Part shown: positions 35,480 to 48,239 of the stretch, piece by piece | Layout: each line of letters starts with the position of its first letter | Numbering within the stretch: the first letter of the stretch is position 1 | NCBI RefSeq assembly: GCF_044704955.1 | Contig: NC_091995.1 | Span: 54,994,001-55,058,000 of the forward strand | From: Pristiophorus japonicus | Lineage: Eukaryota | Reading direction: 5' to 3' | Length of the DNA stretch: 64,000 nucleotides | The notes under the pieces: generated by a model | What the model was told of the DNA's origin: nothing | Databases searched by the model: none | The model's input: the letters and a program-made list of their open reading frames with translations, nothing else | Program-made: the position numbers and the translations under genes

Positions 35480-35979
35480 TTGGTCTCCTTACCTACGGAA
35501 GGATATACTTACCACTGAGGGAGTACAACGAAGGTTCAGCAGACTGATTCCCGGGATGGGAGGATTGTCCTATGAGGAGAGATTGAGCAGACTAGGTCTA
35601 TATTCTCTAGAGTTTAGAAGAATGAGAGATGATCTCATTGAAACGTACAAAATTCTTACAGGGCTTGACAGGGTAGATGCAGGGAGGATGTTTCCCCTGG
35701 CTGGGGAGTCTAGAACCAGGGGCACAGCCTCAGAATAAGGGGTCGGCCATTTAGGAGTGAGATGAGGAGAAACTTCTTCACTCAGAGGGTGGTGAATCTC
35801 TGGAATTCTATACCTCAGAGGGTTGTGGAGGCTCAGTCGTTGAGTACATTCAAGACAGAGCGATCATTTTTTGAATATTAAGAGATATGGGGATAGTGAA
35901 GGAAAGTGGAGTTGAGGTATAAGACCAGCCTTGGAGGAGCAGACTCAAGGTGTCAAATGAGGCGATACGCAATTTTGGC

Positions 35980-36597
35980 CCCATAAGAGTACAAAAGTAT
36001 GGAAATTATGATGAACCTGTATAAAACACTGGTTCGGCCTCAACTGGGGTATTGTGTCCAATTCTGGGCATCGCACTTTAGGAAGGATGTGAAGGCCTTA
36101 GAGAGGGTGCAGAAAAGATTTACGAGAATGATTCCAGGAATGAGGGACTTCAGTTACATGGATAGACTGGAGAAGCTGGGGTTGTTCTCCTTAGAGCAGA
36201 GAAGATTGAGAGGAGATTTAATGGAGGTGTTCAAAATCATGATGGCTGTAGACAGAGTAGATAGAGAGAAACTGTTCCCATTGGCGGAAGGGTCGAGAAC
36301 CAGAGGACACAGATTTAAGATGACTGACAAAAGAACCAAAGGCGACTTAAGAAAAAACTTTTTTGCATAGCAAGTGGTTAGGATCTGGAAAGCACTGCCT
36401 GAAAGGGTGGTGGAGGCAGACTCAATTGTGTCTTTCAAAAAGGAGTTGCATAAGTACCTGAGAGAAAAACATTTGTAGCGCTACAGGGAAAGAGCGGGGG
36501 AGTGGGACTAGCTGAGGTGCTCTTGCAAAGAGCCGGCACGAGCTCGACAGGCCAAATGACCTCCTTCTGTGCTGTAACCATTCTATGATTCTATGAA
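35980..36597 (+). mobile_element. CR1 3' fragment
   Basis: LYKTLVRPQLGYCVQFW...RTRGH; (ATTCTATG)2 tail. Confidence 0.9.
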
Positions 36598-36965
36598 TTA
36601 CAGTCCGGGTGTGATCACACGTTAAACAGTGTAAGTATAACTGCAGTCTGGGAGTGAGATCACAGGTTACAGTGCACAGTATAACTACAGTCTGGGAATG
36701 AGATCACAGGTTACAGCGCACAGTATAAGTACAGTCTATGAGTGAGATCACAGGGTACAGTGCACAGTATAACTACAGTCTGGGAGTAAGATCACAGGTT
36801 ACAGTGCACAGTATAACTACAGTCTGGGAGTGAGATCACAGGTTACAGTGCACAGTATAACTACAGTCTGGCAGTAAGATCACAGGTAACAGTGCACAGT
36901 ATAACTACAGTCTGAGAGTGAGATCACAGAGTGAAACAGTTTACAGTTTAGCTACAGTCTGTGAG
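36598..36965. repeat. 44-bp variant of the 18.4-19.0 kb minisatellite
   Basis: CAGTCTGGGAGTGAGATCACAGGTTACAGTGCACAGTATAACTA, about 8 copies. Confidence 0.9.
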
Positions 36966-37749
36966 TTTGTTCCTGTTAACATCTGTCAAAGTGAGAGGCA
37001 GAGTTCAGATTGTGATGTTTGTGGATATGTTGTGCACAGGCGATCAGCCAAGTCTGGGATCGGGACAATATACTGAGACAGGATAGGATCTGTGTCATGC
37101 CTGCTGTTTTCAGTTGATGCTCATGTTTAACTGCCCGCTCCACTCCTCTCCTGCCTCAGTGATATTTATGGTTTTTTTTATTTGTTTGCTGCTCGGTTAT
37201 CTGCTACAGAGAGTCCCTGGGACTTTCCACCGCAGCACCGAGTGACCTGTGTACTGCTGGGGAGGGAGGAGCCTTGCTGCTTCTGGGAATTCCTGCCAAG
37301 TTCAACCACAGGACCAGCTCGTCACCACATACTGAGACCTCTCCTCAGCCCCTGTCCTCCTCCCTCTTAAACCTGCCGTCGTCAACCCTCTCCCTCAAAA
37401 TAAAACACCCTGTACTTGCAAACCACCGCCCCATCTCCAACCTCTCGGCCGAAATGGCTTCCTTCCGTGCTGTAAATTTCTATGATTCAATGATTCTCTT
37501 TCCTATCTCAAGTACTTCAACGTGTTGTTGACTCCCAGATCCGTGCCCATCTTTCCTGCAACTCCATTTTTTAACCTTTTCAATCAGGTTTCTGCCGTGA
37601 CATAGTATGAACCAGCCCATATCAAAGTCACAAATGACGCCTCATGTGACTATGACCAAGCTAATCTGCCACTCCTCACTTTCTCGACTTTGACACGGTT
37701 AACCACGCCATCCTCCACAAAGTATGGCTCAAGGCCAGAGTCTTTACTC

Positions 37750-39695
37750 TGAGACTGAGGGGCTATGGAGGGAGGGATTGAGGGACTGAGGGGGAGGGAC
37801 TAGGGGGGGGGGCTATGGGAGGAGGGGCTGAGAAACTGTGGGGGAGGGGCTGAGGGGGAGGGGCTGTGGGGGGACTAAGGGACTAAGGGGGGGAGGGGCT
37901 GATGGGGAGGACTGAGGAGGCGGATTGAGGGGAGGACTGAGGGGGGAGGGACTGAGGGGGGAGGGACTGAGATACTGTGGGGGAGGGGCTGAGGCGGGAG
38001 GGACTGAGGGGGAGGGATTGAGGGGGAGGGATTGAGATACTGTGGGGGAAGGGCTGATGGGGGGTGACTGACGGGGAGGAACTGAGGGGAGAGGTACTGA
38101 GATATGGTGTGGTAAGGGCTGACGGGGAGGGGCTGAGGGGGGAGGGACTGAGGGTCTATGGGGGAGGGACTGAGGGGGGAAGGGGACAAATTTGCTAGAG
38201 TTCTTTGAGGATGTAATGAACAGGGTGGATAAAGGGGATCCAGTGGATGTGGTGTATTTGGACTTCTAGAAGGCATTTGACAAGGTGCCACATAAAAGGT
38301 TACTGAACAAGATAAAAGTTCACTGGGTTGGGGGTAATATATTAGCATGGATAGAGGATTGGTTAACAGAAAACAGAGTCGGGTTATTCTCGGGTTGGCA
38401 ATCAGTAACTAGTGAGGCGAAACGGGGATCAGTGCTGGGACCCCAACTATTTACAATCTATATTAATGACTTGGATGAAGGGACTGAGTGTAACGTAGCC
38501 AAGTTTGCTGACGATACAAAGATGGGAGGAAAAGCAATGTGTGAGGAGGACAAAAAAACATTAAAAAGGACATAGACAGGCTAAGTGAGTGGGCACAAAT
38601 TTGGCAGATGGAGTATAATGTTGGAAAGTGTAAGAAAAAAAATCGAAGAGCAAGTTATTATTTAAATGGAGGATAATTACATAGTGCTGCAGTACAGCAG
38701 GACCTGGGGGGGTCCTAGTGCATGAAACACTAAAGGTTAGTACGCAGGTACAGCAAATGATCAGAAAGGCCAATGGAATCTTGGCTTTTATTGCAAAGGT
38801 GATGGCGTATAAAAGCAGGGAAGTCTTGCTACTCCTGCTCCTATTTCTTACGTTCTTATGTTCTTATTATGGGAGGGACGGAGGGATGAGGGGGAGGACA
38901 GGGGGATGAGGGACTGAGATGGAGGGACTGAGGGATTGAGGGTAGAGGGACTGAGAGGGGAGGGAGTGAGGGGGAGGGAGTGAGGGGGAAGGACTGAGGG
39001 GGAGCGACTGAGGGGAGACGGGCTGTGGGGGGACTGAGGGGAAGGGACTGAGGGAGGAGGGATTGAGGGACTGAGGGGTTGAGAGCAGAAGGACTGTGGG
39101 GGGGGGACTGAGGGAGGAGGGACTAGGGTGAACTGAGGGGCTGAGGGGGGAGGTGCAGAGATTGAGGGGGAAGAACTGAGGGAGGAGGGACTGAGGGACA
39201 GGGACTGAGGTGGATGGACTGGGACTGAGGGGGGGAGGGATTGGGGAGGAACTGAGGGACCAAGGAGGAAGGGACTGAGGGGGAGGGACTGAGGAGGGAG
39301 GGACTGAAGGACGTGGGACTGAGGTGAATGGACTGAGGGATTGAGGGGAGTGGACTGGGACTGAGGGGGTAGGGACTGAGGGGGGAGGAACTGGGGAGGG
39401 ACTGAGGAGGAAGGGACTGAGGGGGATGGACTGAGGAACTGAGGGGGGAGGGACTGAGGTGGATGGACCGAGGGACTGAGGGGGGAGGGATTGAAGGGGG
39501 AGGGACTGAGGGAGGAGGGATTGAAGGGGGAGGGACTGTGGGGAGAGGAACTGTGGGGGGAGGAACTGTGGGACTGAAGGGGGAGGGACTGAGGGGGGAG
39601 GGACTGGGAGTGAAGGGGGACTGAGGTACTGAGGGGGGATGGACTGAGGGGGGGACTGAGGGGGGAGGGACTGAGGGGAACTGAGGGACTGAGGG
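37750..39695. repeat. G-rich GGGACTGAGGGG low-complexity array, interrupted by a CR1 RT fragment (38186-38866)
   Basis: Dozens of GGGACTGAG(G)n units; the insert has KVPHKRL and KFADDTK and a TTCTTATG tail. Confidence 0.9.
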
Positions 39696-39967
39696 CCTAT
39701 GTATGTGAGATTATGTTCGAATGTGTGTTTGTGAGAGCGTGAGATTATGTGTTTTGTTTGAGAGAGTGTGAATGTATCGGAGTCTGTATGAGAGAGTGAA
39801 TGTGTGAATATGTGAGTGTTTGTGTGTGAGGTATGAGAACATGCATTTGTATGTGCGTATATGTTTATTCGTGAGTGCGAGTGTACATGTGTGTGCGTAT
39901 ATGCACACGAGTGTGTGAATGTGAAATCATGTTTGTATGTGTTTATGTATGTGAGTGTGTATATATG

Positions 39968-40643
39968 CGACATAACTAAAACCGCCTATTTCCACCTCCG
40001 TAACATTACCCCTCTCCGCTCCTGCCTCAGCTCATCTGCTGCTGAAGACCTCATCCATGCCTTTGTTACCTCCAGACTTGACTACTCCAACACACTCCTG
40101 GCTGGCCTCCCACATTCTACCCTGCGTAAACTTGAGGTCATCCAAAACTCGGCAGCCAATGTCCGAACCCGCACCAAGTCCCGGTCACCCATTATCCCTG
40201 TGCTCACCGCCCTACATTGGCTCCCAGTTAAGCAGCACCTCGATTTCAAAATTCTCATCCTTGTTTACAAATCTCCTCCCTATCTCTGTAATCTTCTTCA
40301 GTCCCACAAATCCCCCCGCTCCAGAGATGTCTGCGCTCCTCTAATTCTGCCCTCTTGAGCATCCCAGATTTTAATCGTTCATCCATTGGCGGCCGTGCCT
40401 TCAGCTACTTGGGCCCCAAGCTGTGGAACTTCCTCCTTAAACCTTTCTGTCTCTCTACCTCTCTTTCCTTCTTCAAGATGCTCCTTAAAACCTACCTTTG
40501 ACCAAGCATTTGGTCATCTGCCATAATTTCTTATGTGGCTTGGTGTCAAATTTAATTGTTTTGTCTTATAGCATTGCTGTGAAGTGCCTTGGCACGTTTT
40601 ACTATGTAAGAGGCGCTATATGAATACAAGTTGTTGTTGTTGT
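39968..40643 (+). mobile_element. L2 LINE 3' end
   Basis: AYFHLRNI...LIHAFVTSRLDYSN...LHWLPV...FKIL; (GTT)n tail. Confidence 0.9.
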
Positions 40644-40822
40644 TGGAGTTGGGTGTGTATGTATGTGTGGTGGATGTGTTTGTGTGTGCGAGTATGTGAG
40701 AGTGAGGGAGGGATTGTGTATTTGTGCAGTGGTGTTTGACACGTTGATATTGTCACACAAGTAAGAGTCAGCTCTGAGCTGTCTCTTGGGCTGCCAGTTG
40801 GTTTATTATTTCTGAGAGCTAT

Positions 40823-40970
40823 TTCTGGGAAGCCGTGTGATGGAAAGTCCCTGAGCTGGGATTGTGTGAGCTTTCAGTTTCAGGGTAAACAGCACAGGGC
40901 ACTGTACCACCTCTTGCAGTCCAACCAACCAATGGAAATTGGACAGTCCGCAGCATCAGCAGTTACTGGG
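40823..40970. promoter_or_regulatory. Candidate distal immune enhancer: GAS, NF-kB, ISRE, inverted Y and X1/X2
   Basis: TTCTGGGAA 40823-40831; GGAAAGTCCC 40842-40851; CTTTCAGTTTC 40871-40881; CCAAT 40929-40933; minus-strand CCCAGTAACTGCTG 40970-40957. Confidence 0.65.
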
Positions 40971-41064
40971 GAAAACCCTGTCAACCACTGTCTGCTCAGC
41001 CCCACATTCCATCTGCTGGCCCAGTCACCCCCGGGGGCTAAACTAAGGCAGCACATCCATGTCG

Positions 41065-44000
41065 AGCCCTCTCCCTCCCTCTCCCATTCCATCTCCCTGT
41101 TCCTCTATCTCTCCCACTAACTTTCTCTCGCCCTCACTCTCTCTCTCTCGCCCAATTCCTCTCCCTTGCCCTTTCCCTCTCTCTCCCCATCACTTTCACC
41201 TGCTCCCTCTCCCTATCCCTCACCTACATCAGCTCCTTCTCCCTCCACTTAACCCTCACTTACATTAACTCCCTCGCCCTTTCACCTCTTTCCCTCACTC
41301 TCACCCTCTCCCTCATCCTCTACCTATCCCTCACCTATACCAACTCTCTCTCCCTCGCGCTTTCCCTCTCTCCCTCCTGCTCCCTCTACACACTCTCTCT
41401 CCCCCCCATTGAACCCCTCCCTTACTCTCCCCCTCTCCCTCACGATCCTTCTCCCCCTCATCCTCCCCCACTCTATCTCACTCGTTGCTTCCCTCTCTCC
41501 TTCTGTGCTCCCTTTCCCCCTCTCTCTCCCACTGACTGTCTCTCACCATTACCCTCACTGTCTCCCTCGCCTTTTCCCTCTCTCCTTCACTCACTCTGTC
41601 ATGTATGTACTTTTGGGATCACTAGCCACTAGATGGCATCACTGTTGGAGGCCATTGGGCTGCACTTATGTGTGTGCAGCCCAGGTATAAAAGGTCAGCC
41701 ATTTTGTATATTAGTCACTTTGGGCCTTAATAAAGCAGAGCCAAGATCATACCTCTTGGAGTTAAACAGTACTCAGTCGAACAGTTATTGCTTACACAAA
41801 ATTTGGCGACGAGGCAACAACAACCTTTGCATGTAAAATTGAGTACAATTGGATTGTTGGAGCGATTTGTGGAAGGAGAAGATTGGGCAGACTTTGTGAG
41901 CCGTTTGAGCCAGTTCTTCGAGGCCAACAAAATGGAGGAGGTCGGCGACGCAGATCGGCACCGGGCCGTGTTCCTCATAGCTTGCGGTCCAAAAATTTAT
42001 GGTCTGTTAAAGAATCTACTCCTGTCTGTGAGTCCAACAGAGAAGACGTATGAAGAATTGTGTACACTGGTACAGGACCACCTTCAGCCAGACGAAGGCA
42101 TCATCATCTCGAGATACAGATTTTACACGCATGTTCGCTCAGAGGGCCAGAATGCGGCGGAATTCGTTGCGGACCTGAGACGTCGAGCGGGACCGTGTTG
42201 GCAGACATGCTGCAGGACTTCTTTGTAATCGGCATCAACCACGAGATGATCCTGCGTAAACTACTGGCGGAGAGGTTGGACTTGAACAGGACCATCACAA
42301 TTGCTCAGTCATGTATGACAACGGATAGAAGTGTACAGCAGATATCAGTGAAAAATCGAAACTCGGCAAGTACTGTAAATATGATTGATTTGGTGTTCGG
42401 CAGAGCGGCACATGGCAGGGCCTACCCGACTGCGTACCCGAAACCTGTGGCTGCCCAAAGTCTGCCAGCGATTTCTCCGTGTTGGCGTTGTGGGGTAAAT
42501 CACCGGCACCAGCAGTGCCAATTTAAGCAAAATAGTTGCAAAGGCTGTCTGCGAGTGGGGCATCTCCAGCGCAAGTGTCCGCAGATGAGCAAGCGTATTG
42601 CCACACACCATGTGGAGGATAATGGTCAGACTAACGCGGATCCGGATACCCAATCTGAGATACTAGAGGAGAAAGAGTATGGACTGTACTCATTCCTACC
42701 TAAGAGCAAACCGATAATGATCAACGTGAAATTTAATGGAGTGCCGGTATCGATGGAACTGGACACGGGGGCGCGTCAATTGATAATGAGCCAGAGGGCA
42801 TTCAACAAGCTGTGGGATACTAAGGCTATGAGGCCCAGGCTGAGTCCAGTCAATGCCAAGTTGTGTACGTACACCAAAGAATTCATAACGGTGATTGGCA
42901 GTGCCACAATAAAAGTGTCGTGTGACGGTGCGGTTCACGAGTTACCGCTCTGGATTGTCCCAGGCAATGGTCCAACGCTGTTCGGCAGGAACTGGCTTGG
43001 AAAAAATCAGATGCGATTGGAACGACATCAAGGCTTTGTCGTCGGAGAAAGATACATGTGCCAAGTACTGAGCAAGTTCCCCTCGCTGTTCGAACCAGGC
43101 ACCGGCAACTTCACGGGAGCCAAGGTGCAGATCCACATGGACTTGGATGCAAGACCCGTCCATCATAAAGCTCGGGCAGTTCCGTATATGATGAGGGAGA
43201 AGGTCGAAATCGAACTGGACAGACTCCAGCGTGAAGGGATCATATCACCGGTTGAATTTAATGTATGGGCCAGCTCCATTGTTCCTGTGCTGAAAAGTGA
43301 TGGCACAGTCAGAATCTGTGGAGACTACAAGGCTACAATCAACAGGGTTTCGAAACAGGATCAGTACCCATTACCAAAGACTGATGACTTGTTTGCAACG
43401 CTAGCAGGGGGGAAGTCGTTCACCAAACTGGACTTGACGTCGGCCTACATGACACAGGAGCTGGTCGAGACATCGAAGACACTTACGTCACTAACACGCA
43501 TAAAGGACTATTTATTTATCACAGGTGCCCTTTTGGAATTCGCTCGGCTGCAGCAATATTTCAGAGGAACATGGAGAGTCTACTGAAGTCCGTTCCCAGA
43601 ACCGTCGTGTTCCAAGATGACATCCTGATCACAGGCTGTGACTCCGAGGAACATCTGCACAACCTGGAAGAGGTTCCACATCGTCTGGACAAAGTGGGAC
43701 TCAGACTGAAACGCTCGAAGTGCATCTTCATGGCACCAGAAGTCGAATTCCCGGGGAGGAAAATTGCTGCTGACGGCATCAGGCCCATGGACGTGAAAAC
43801 CAAAGCCTTCAAGAATGCACCCAAGCCACAGAATGTGACGGAGCTGCATTTGTTCCTGGGTCTACTCAACTACTTCGGTAACTTCCTACCTGAATTGAGC
43901 ACCTTATTAGAACCACTGCACATGTTGCTAAGAAAAGGCGATAACTGGGCGTGGGGTGCGTCTCAAGACAGAGCTTTTGAGAAAGCCACTAATCTGCTTT

Positions 44001-47000
44001 GCTCTAACAAGCTGCTGGTACATTATGACCCATGTAAATGTTTAGTATTGGCCTGTGATGCTTGGTCATAGGGAATTGGTTGTGTACTCCAACAAGCTAA
44101 TGAGTCGGGTAAACTTCAACCAGTCGCATATGCTTCAAAAAGTTTGTATAAAGCGGAAAGAGCCTACAGCATGGTAGAGAAAGAAGCACTAGCCTGTGTG
44201 TATGGGGTTAAAAAGATGCATCAGTACCTGTTCGGTCTTAGGTTTGAACTGGAGACAGATCACAAGTCACTCATTTCACTGTTCTCTGAAAACAAAGGTA
44301 TCAATACCAATGCTTCATTTCGCATCCAGAGGTGGGCGCTGACATTATCCGCTTATGATTATGTCATATGCCATAGACCTAGCACCGAGAATTGTGCCGA
44401 TGCTTTGAGCCGGTTGCCGTTGCCCACACCGGAGGTGGAACTGCCACAACCGGCGGACCTATTGTTAGTTATGGATGCTTTTGAGAGTGAAGGAACCCCT
44501 GTCACGGTTCAACAAGTTAAGACCTGGACCAGCCAGGGCCCGATTTTATCGGTGGTGAAGAGTTGCATCCTCAAAGGTGATTGGTCTGCCATACCCAAGC
44601 AAATGTGCGAGGAGACCAAACCTTACATTTGTCGCAAAGATGAACTGTCTATTCAGTTGGATTTTATACTGTGGGGCAATCGTGATGTTATGTCCAAGAA
44701 AGAGAGAGAGAAATTTGTATGTGAGCTACATAGCACACATACTGGCATTGTAATGATGAAATTCATCGCCAGGGTCTCATGTATGGTGGCCAGGAATTGA
44801 CTGTGAGCTGGAATCAAGCATGCATCAGTGCAACACTTGCATGCAGCTCAGCAAAGCACCAGTGGAATCGCCGCTGAGTCTGTGGTCGTGGCCATCCAAA
44901 CCATGGTCCAGGATCCACATAGATTTTGCAGGTCCCTTCCTGGGGAAGATGTTTTTAGTTGTGGTGGATGCATATTCGAAATGGATAGTGTATAATCATG
45001 TCATCCAGCACATCCACAGCTGCCATTGAAAATGGACTTTCAGTCCCTGACATGGCCATTGCCACTCCCACCAGGTCAGCCACCCAGCCACCAGTTACAA
45101 CAGGCTCGAAAACTCACCCAAGGCTGGAGTTGAACTGAACAGTCAATCCGGGAGGGTAAAACACCGGATCATCTCAATTTATAAACGACTGTGTTAATAT
45201 CTCAGTGTGTGCAGCCCAAATATAAAAGGTCAGCCATTTTGTATATTAGTCACTTTGTGCCTTAATAAAGCAGAGCCAAGGTCATACCTCTTGGAGTTAA
45301 ACAGTACTCAGTCTAACAGTTATTGCATACACAACACACTCCCTCTCTTCTCACTCTCCCAGCCCACCTTGCTCTCACCCTCTCTGTCACTTTCCCACTC
45401 TTTTTCGTCCTCTCCCTATCCCTCTCCCACGCCATCTTACTCGCCCCTTTTCCCCTCCCCCTCCCACTGACTCTCTCACCATCACTCTCTCCCTCTTCCT
45501 CACACTCTCCCTCCCTCTCTCTCTCTCTCTTTCACTCCCACTTCGTCTCTCTCCATCCTCTTGCCCTCTCCCCCTCTCACTCCCTCACCCACTCGCTTGC
45601 TTTTTCCCTCTCTCTCCCTCACCCACTCCCTCGCCCTTACTCTCTCTCTCCCTCACTCTTGGACTCTCCCTCTTACTTGCGATCTCCCACTCACTCTCCA
45701 TTTCCCACTCCTTTACTCATTCTCCCTCACTATCTCCTTCTCCTTCGTCCTCACTCTTGGCCTCTTCCTCTGCTTCCTTATCCACTCACTCTCTCTCTTT
45801 CACCATAGCCCTCTCCCTCAACCATTCCATGTCCCTCACTATTTCCCTCTCTCCCTCTCCAACCCCATCTCTCTCTTCCGTTCTCCCTCCCACTCACTCA
45901 CTCTCACTATCCTTCCTCTCCTGCTCCCTCTTCCTCTCCCTCACGCTCGCTCTCCCTGTTTCCCTCTCACTCACCATCACTTCCTCTCCCACTCCCTCAT
46001 TCTCCTCCTTTCCCTCGCCAATTCCCTTTCCCACTCCCTCTACCTTGCCCTCTCTCTCTTCCACTCCCTTCCTCATGCTCGCTCTCTCCCTCAGCCTCTC
46101 CCACTCCCTCTTCCTTGTGCTCTCCCTCCTTCTCCCTCACTCATTCCCATGCTCTTTCCCTTTCCCCCCACTCACCCACTTCCTCATTCTCCTTCATCCT
46201 CTCCATCTCACTCGCCCCTTCTCTCTCCCTCACACCATTGCTCACCCTTGCCCTCTCTCGCTCCCTCTCCCATGGCCGTTCCCACTCCCTCATACTATCT
46301 CTCCTTCTCCCTCACCCACTCCCATACTCTTTCCCTCTCTCCTCCACCCCTCCGTCCCCACTCAACCTCTCCCTCACTCTTCTTCTTGTCCTCTTTCCCG
46401 TGTTCTCCCATGTCCTCACCCACTCCATCTCACTCGCCCTTTCCCTCTCACCCCCTCTCCCTCCCACTGACTCTCTCACCATCATCCTCACTCTCTCTCT
46501 CTCTCTCCTGCTCCCTCAGTATCTCACATTCCTGCTCCCACTCCCCCTCTCTCTCCCCCGCTCCCTCACTCTCTCCCTTTCCCTCACCCTCACGTTCTCC
46601 CTCACCCTCACCCACGGCCTCTCCTTGTCCTTGCCACCTACCTTGCCCTCTCTCTCCCACTCCTTCTCCTACTTCACTCACTCCCACATCCTTTCCCTCT
46701 CTCCCCCCCACTCTCGCCCTCTCCCTCACACACTCCCTCTCCATTTCTCTTGCCCTCTGTCTCACTCCCATTTCCCTGTCCCTATCCTTCACTCTTTCCC
46801 ACTGCCTCGCTCTACCTCCCCCTCTCCCATTACCTGCGCTCTCTCCCATTCCCTCAACCTTTCTCCCTGTCCCCCTCTCCCTCCTTTTCTCTCTTTCTCC
46901 CTCCCTCACCCTCTCCCACTGCCCTTCCATCGCCCTTTCGCTCTCCCTCACCCTCCCTCACACTATCCCTATCCGTGCCCTTTCACTCTCTCTCTCCACC

Positions 47001-47640
47001 TCCCTCTCCCAATCACTCTCCAATTCCTTCTCTCTTCCTCCCCCATTCCCTCTCCGTGTTCCTCTCTTCCTCCCATTCACTCTATCTCACCCTCACTCTC
47101 TCTCCCTCATCAGTTCTCTTTCTCCCTCATCCACTCCCTCTTTCTCGCCCTTTCCCTCTCTCCCTCTCCCATCCTCCAACTATCCCTCACCCATACCAAC
47201 TCCTTCTCCCTTGCCCTTTCCCTCTCTCTTACCCTCATTCACTCCATCTCCTTTTCCCTCGCTCCCTCTCCCTCCTACTCACTCTCTCTCACACACACTC
47301 TCTCTCTCTCTCTCTCCCTTGCCCTCGCCCTCACCCCCACTCTCTCTCATCCTCTTCCTCACTCTCTCTCTTCCTCTCCCCTCTCATTCCCTTTCCCACT
47401 CCCTCTCGCTCCCATACCTTTCCTTCTCTCCCTCACGCTCTTTCGCTTCCTCACCACCCTCACCCTCAGTGCCTCACACACTCCACTCCCTCGCCCTTTC
47501 GCTCACCCACTCCCTCACCCTTACTCTCCCCCATGCTCTCCATCGCAATGTTCCTTTCCCACACCCTCACTCTCACTCTCTCTGTTGCCCTCTCCCACTC
47601 CCTCGCTCAGCCTCTCGGTCACTCAGACGCTCTCCCTCAA
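41065..47640. repeat. Long C/T-rich low-complexity tract (41065-41596 and 45337-47640) split by a Gypsy insertion
   Basis: About 2.8 kb of nearly G-free CTCT/CCCT/CACT sequence. Confidence 0.95.
41597..45336 (+). mobile_element. Degraded Ty3/Gypsy LTR retrotransposon with deletions in integrase and the 3' LTR
   Basis: 5' LTR 41597 to about 41801, PBS TGGCGACGAGG 41804-41814, gag CCHC, protease LDTGA, RT FQDD, RH LACD, truncated IN; partial 3' LTR about 45206-45336; TSD CACTC. Confidence 0.95.
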
Positions 47641-48239
47641 CTGGCCGAATAGCTTCTTTCTGTGCTGTAAGTGTCTATGATTCTATATTTGGGCCACTCC
47701 TGATCTACTCACTCAGGCATTGTTTGAAGACTCCGGCTTGTGCTGAGTGGTGTTGACTGTTGGTATCAGGGTTCCTGGGTTTGGAGAGAGAGTGTCAGAC
47801 AGGGTCCTGGCTCCAGACATCTCTTCCGCAATCCCAATGAACAAGGGCTAGTATGATTCCCAGGTGACAGAGCGGACAAATCAAGTTAGGGTACCAGCAA
47901 AAACTGACAACTCAGGAACAGGCCATCCCGTGCTCAGTAATCACTCTGTAATCGATGTGATACTTACACGTATGTGCATCTCACCTCACATGACAGCCCA
48001 TCACTTCCAATAGCAGTTTATGAAGGCCCAGGTGGAGAATCCAAATGTTCAAGGCAAACCAATGAGTGGGGAATCTCCAGCAACATGCCCACTGAGACAA
48101 CATACAAGTTGGAGATTAAGATGAGGCACAATGGTTCATTTTAAGCACATTTACTTTTTACAATGTTTACAGCGTTTTAATCAGTAAAACGAAGATAAAG
48201 TGGGCTAATTATATCCCTGACGATGTTTATCGGACAGAT

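Larger units (their letters stand above)
19063..35960 (+). mobile_element. Old, near full-length CR1 LINE fragmented by five insertions
   Basis: Collinear pieces: ORF1 SGNH esterase (VVGDSIV...RMVCCLP, about 19790-20290), APE (20450-21250), RT (27690-28594, 30424-30663), C-terminus (34681-34826, 35480-35960). Junctions carry target-site duplications. Confidence 0.8.

Noticed and set aside
37340-37720. Possible extra host exon with AATAAA at 37399
   Set aside because: Reads as decayed L2-type RT (NHRPISNL; ...KVTND...), so the signal is probably incidental.
38867-39973. 368-aa Pro/Ser-rich ORF (also 37875-38348)
   Set aside because: Reverse translation of G-rich and TG-rich low-complexity DNA; no splice or domain evidence.
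45561-47756. 731-, 521- and 300-aa overlapping ORFs
   Set aside because: A C/T tract cannot form stop codons; open in all three frames with no domain signal.
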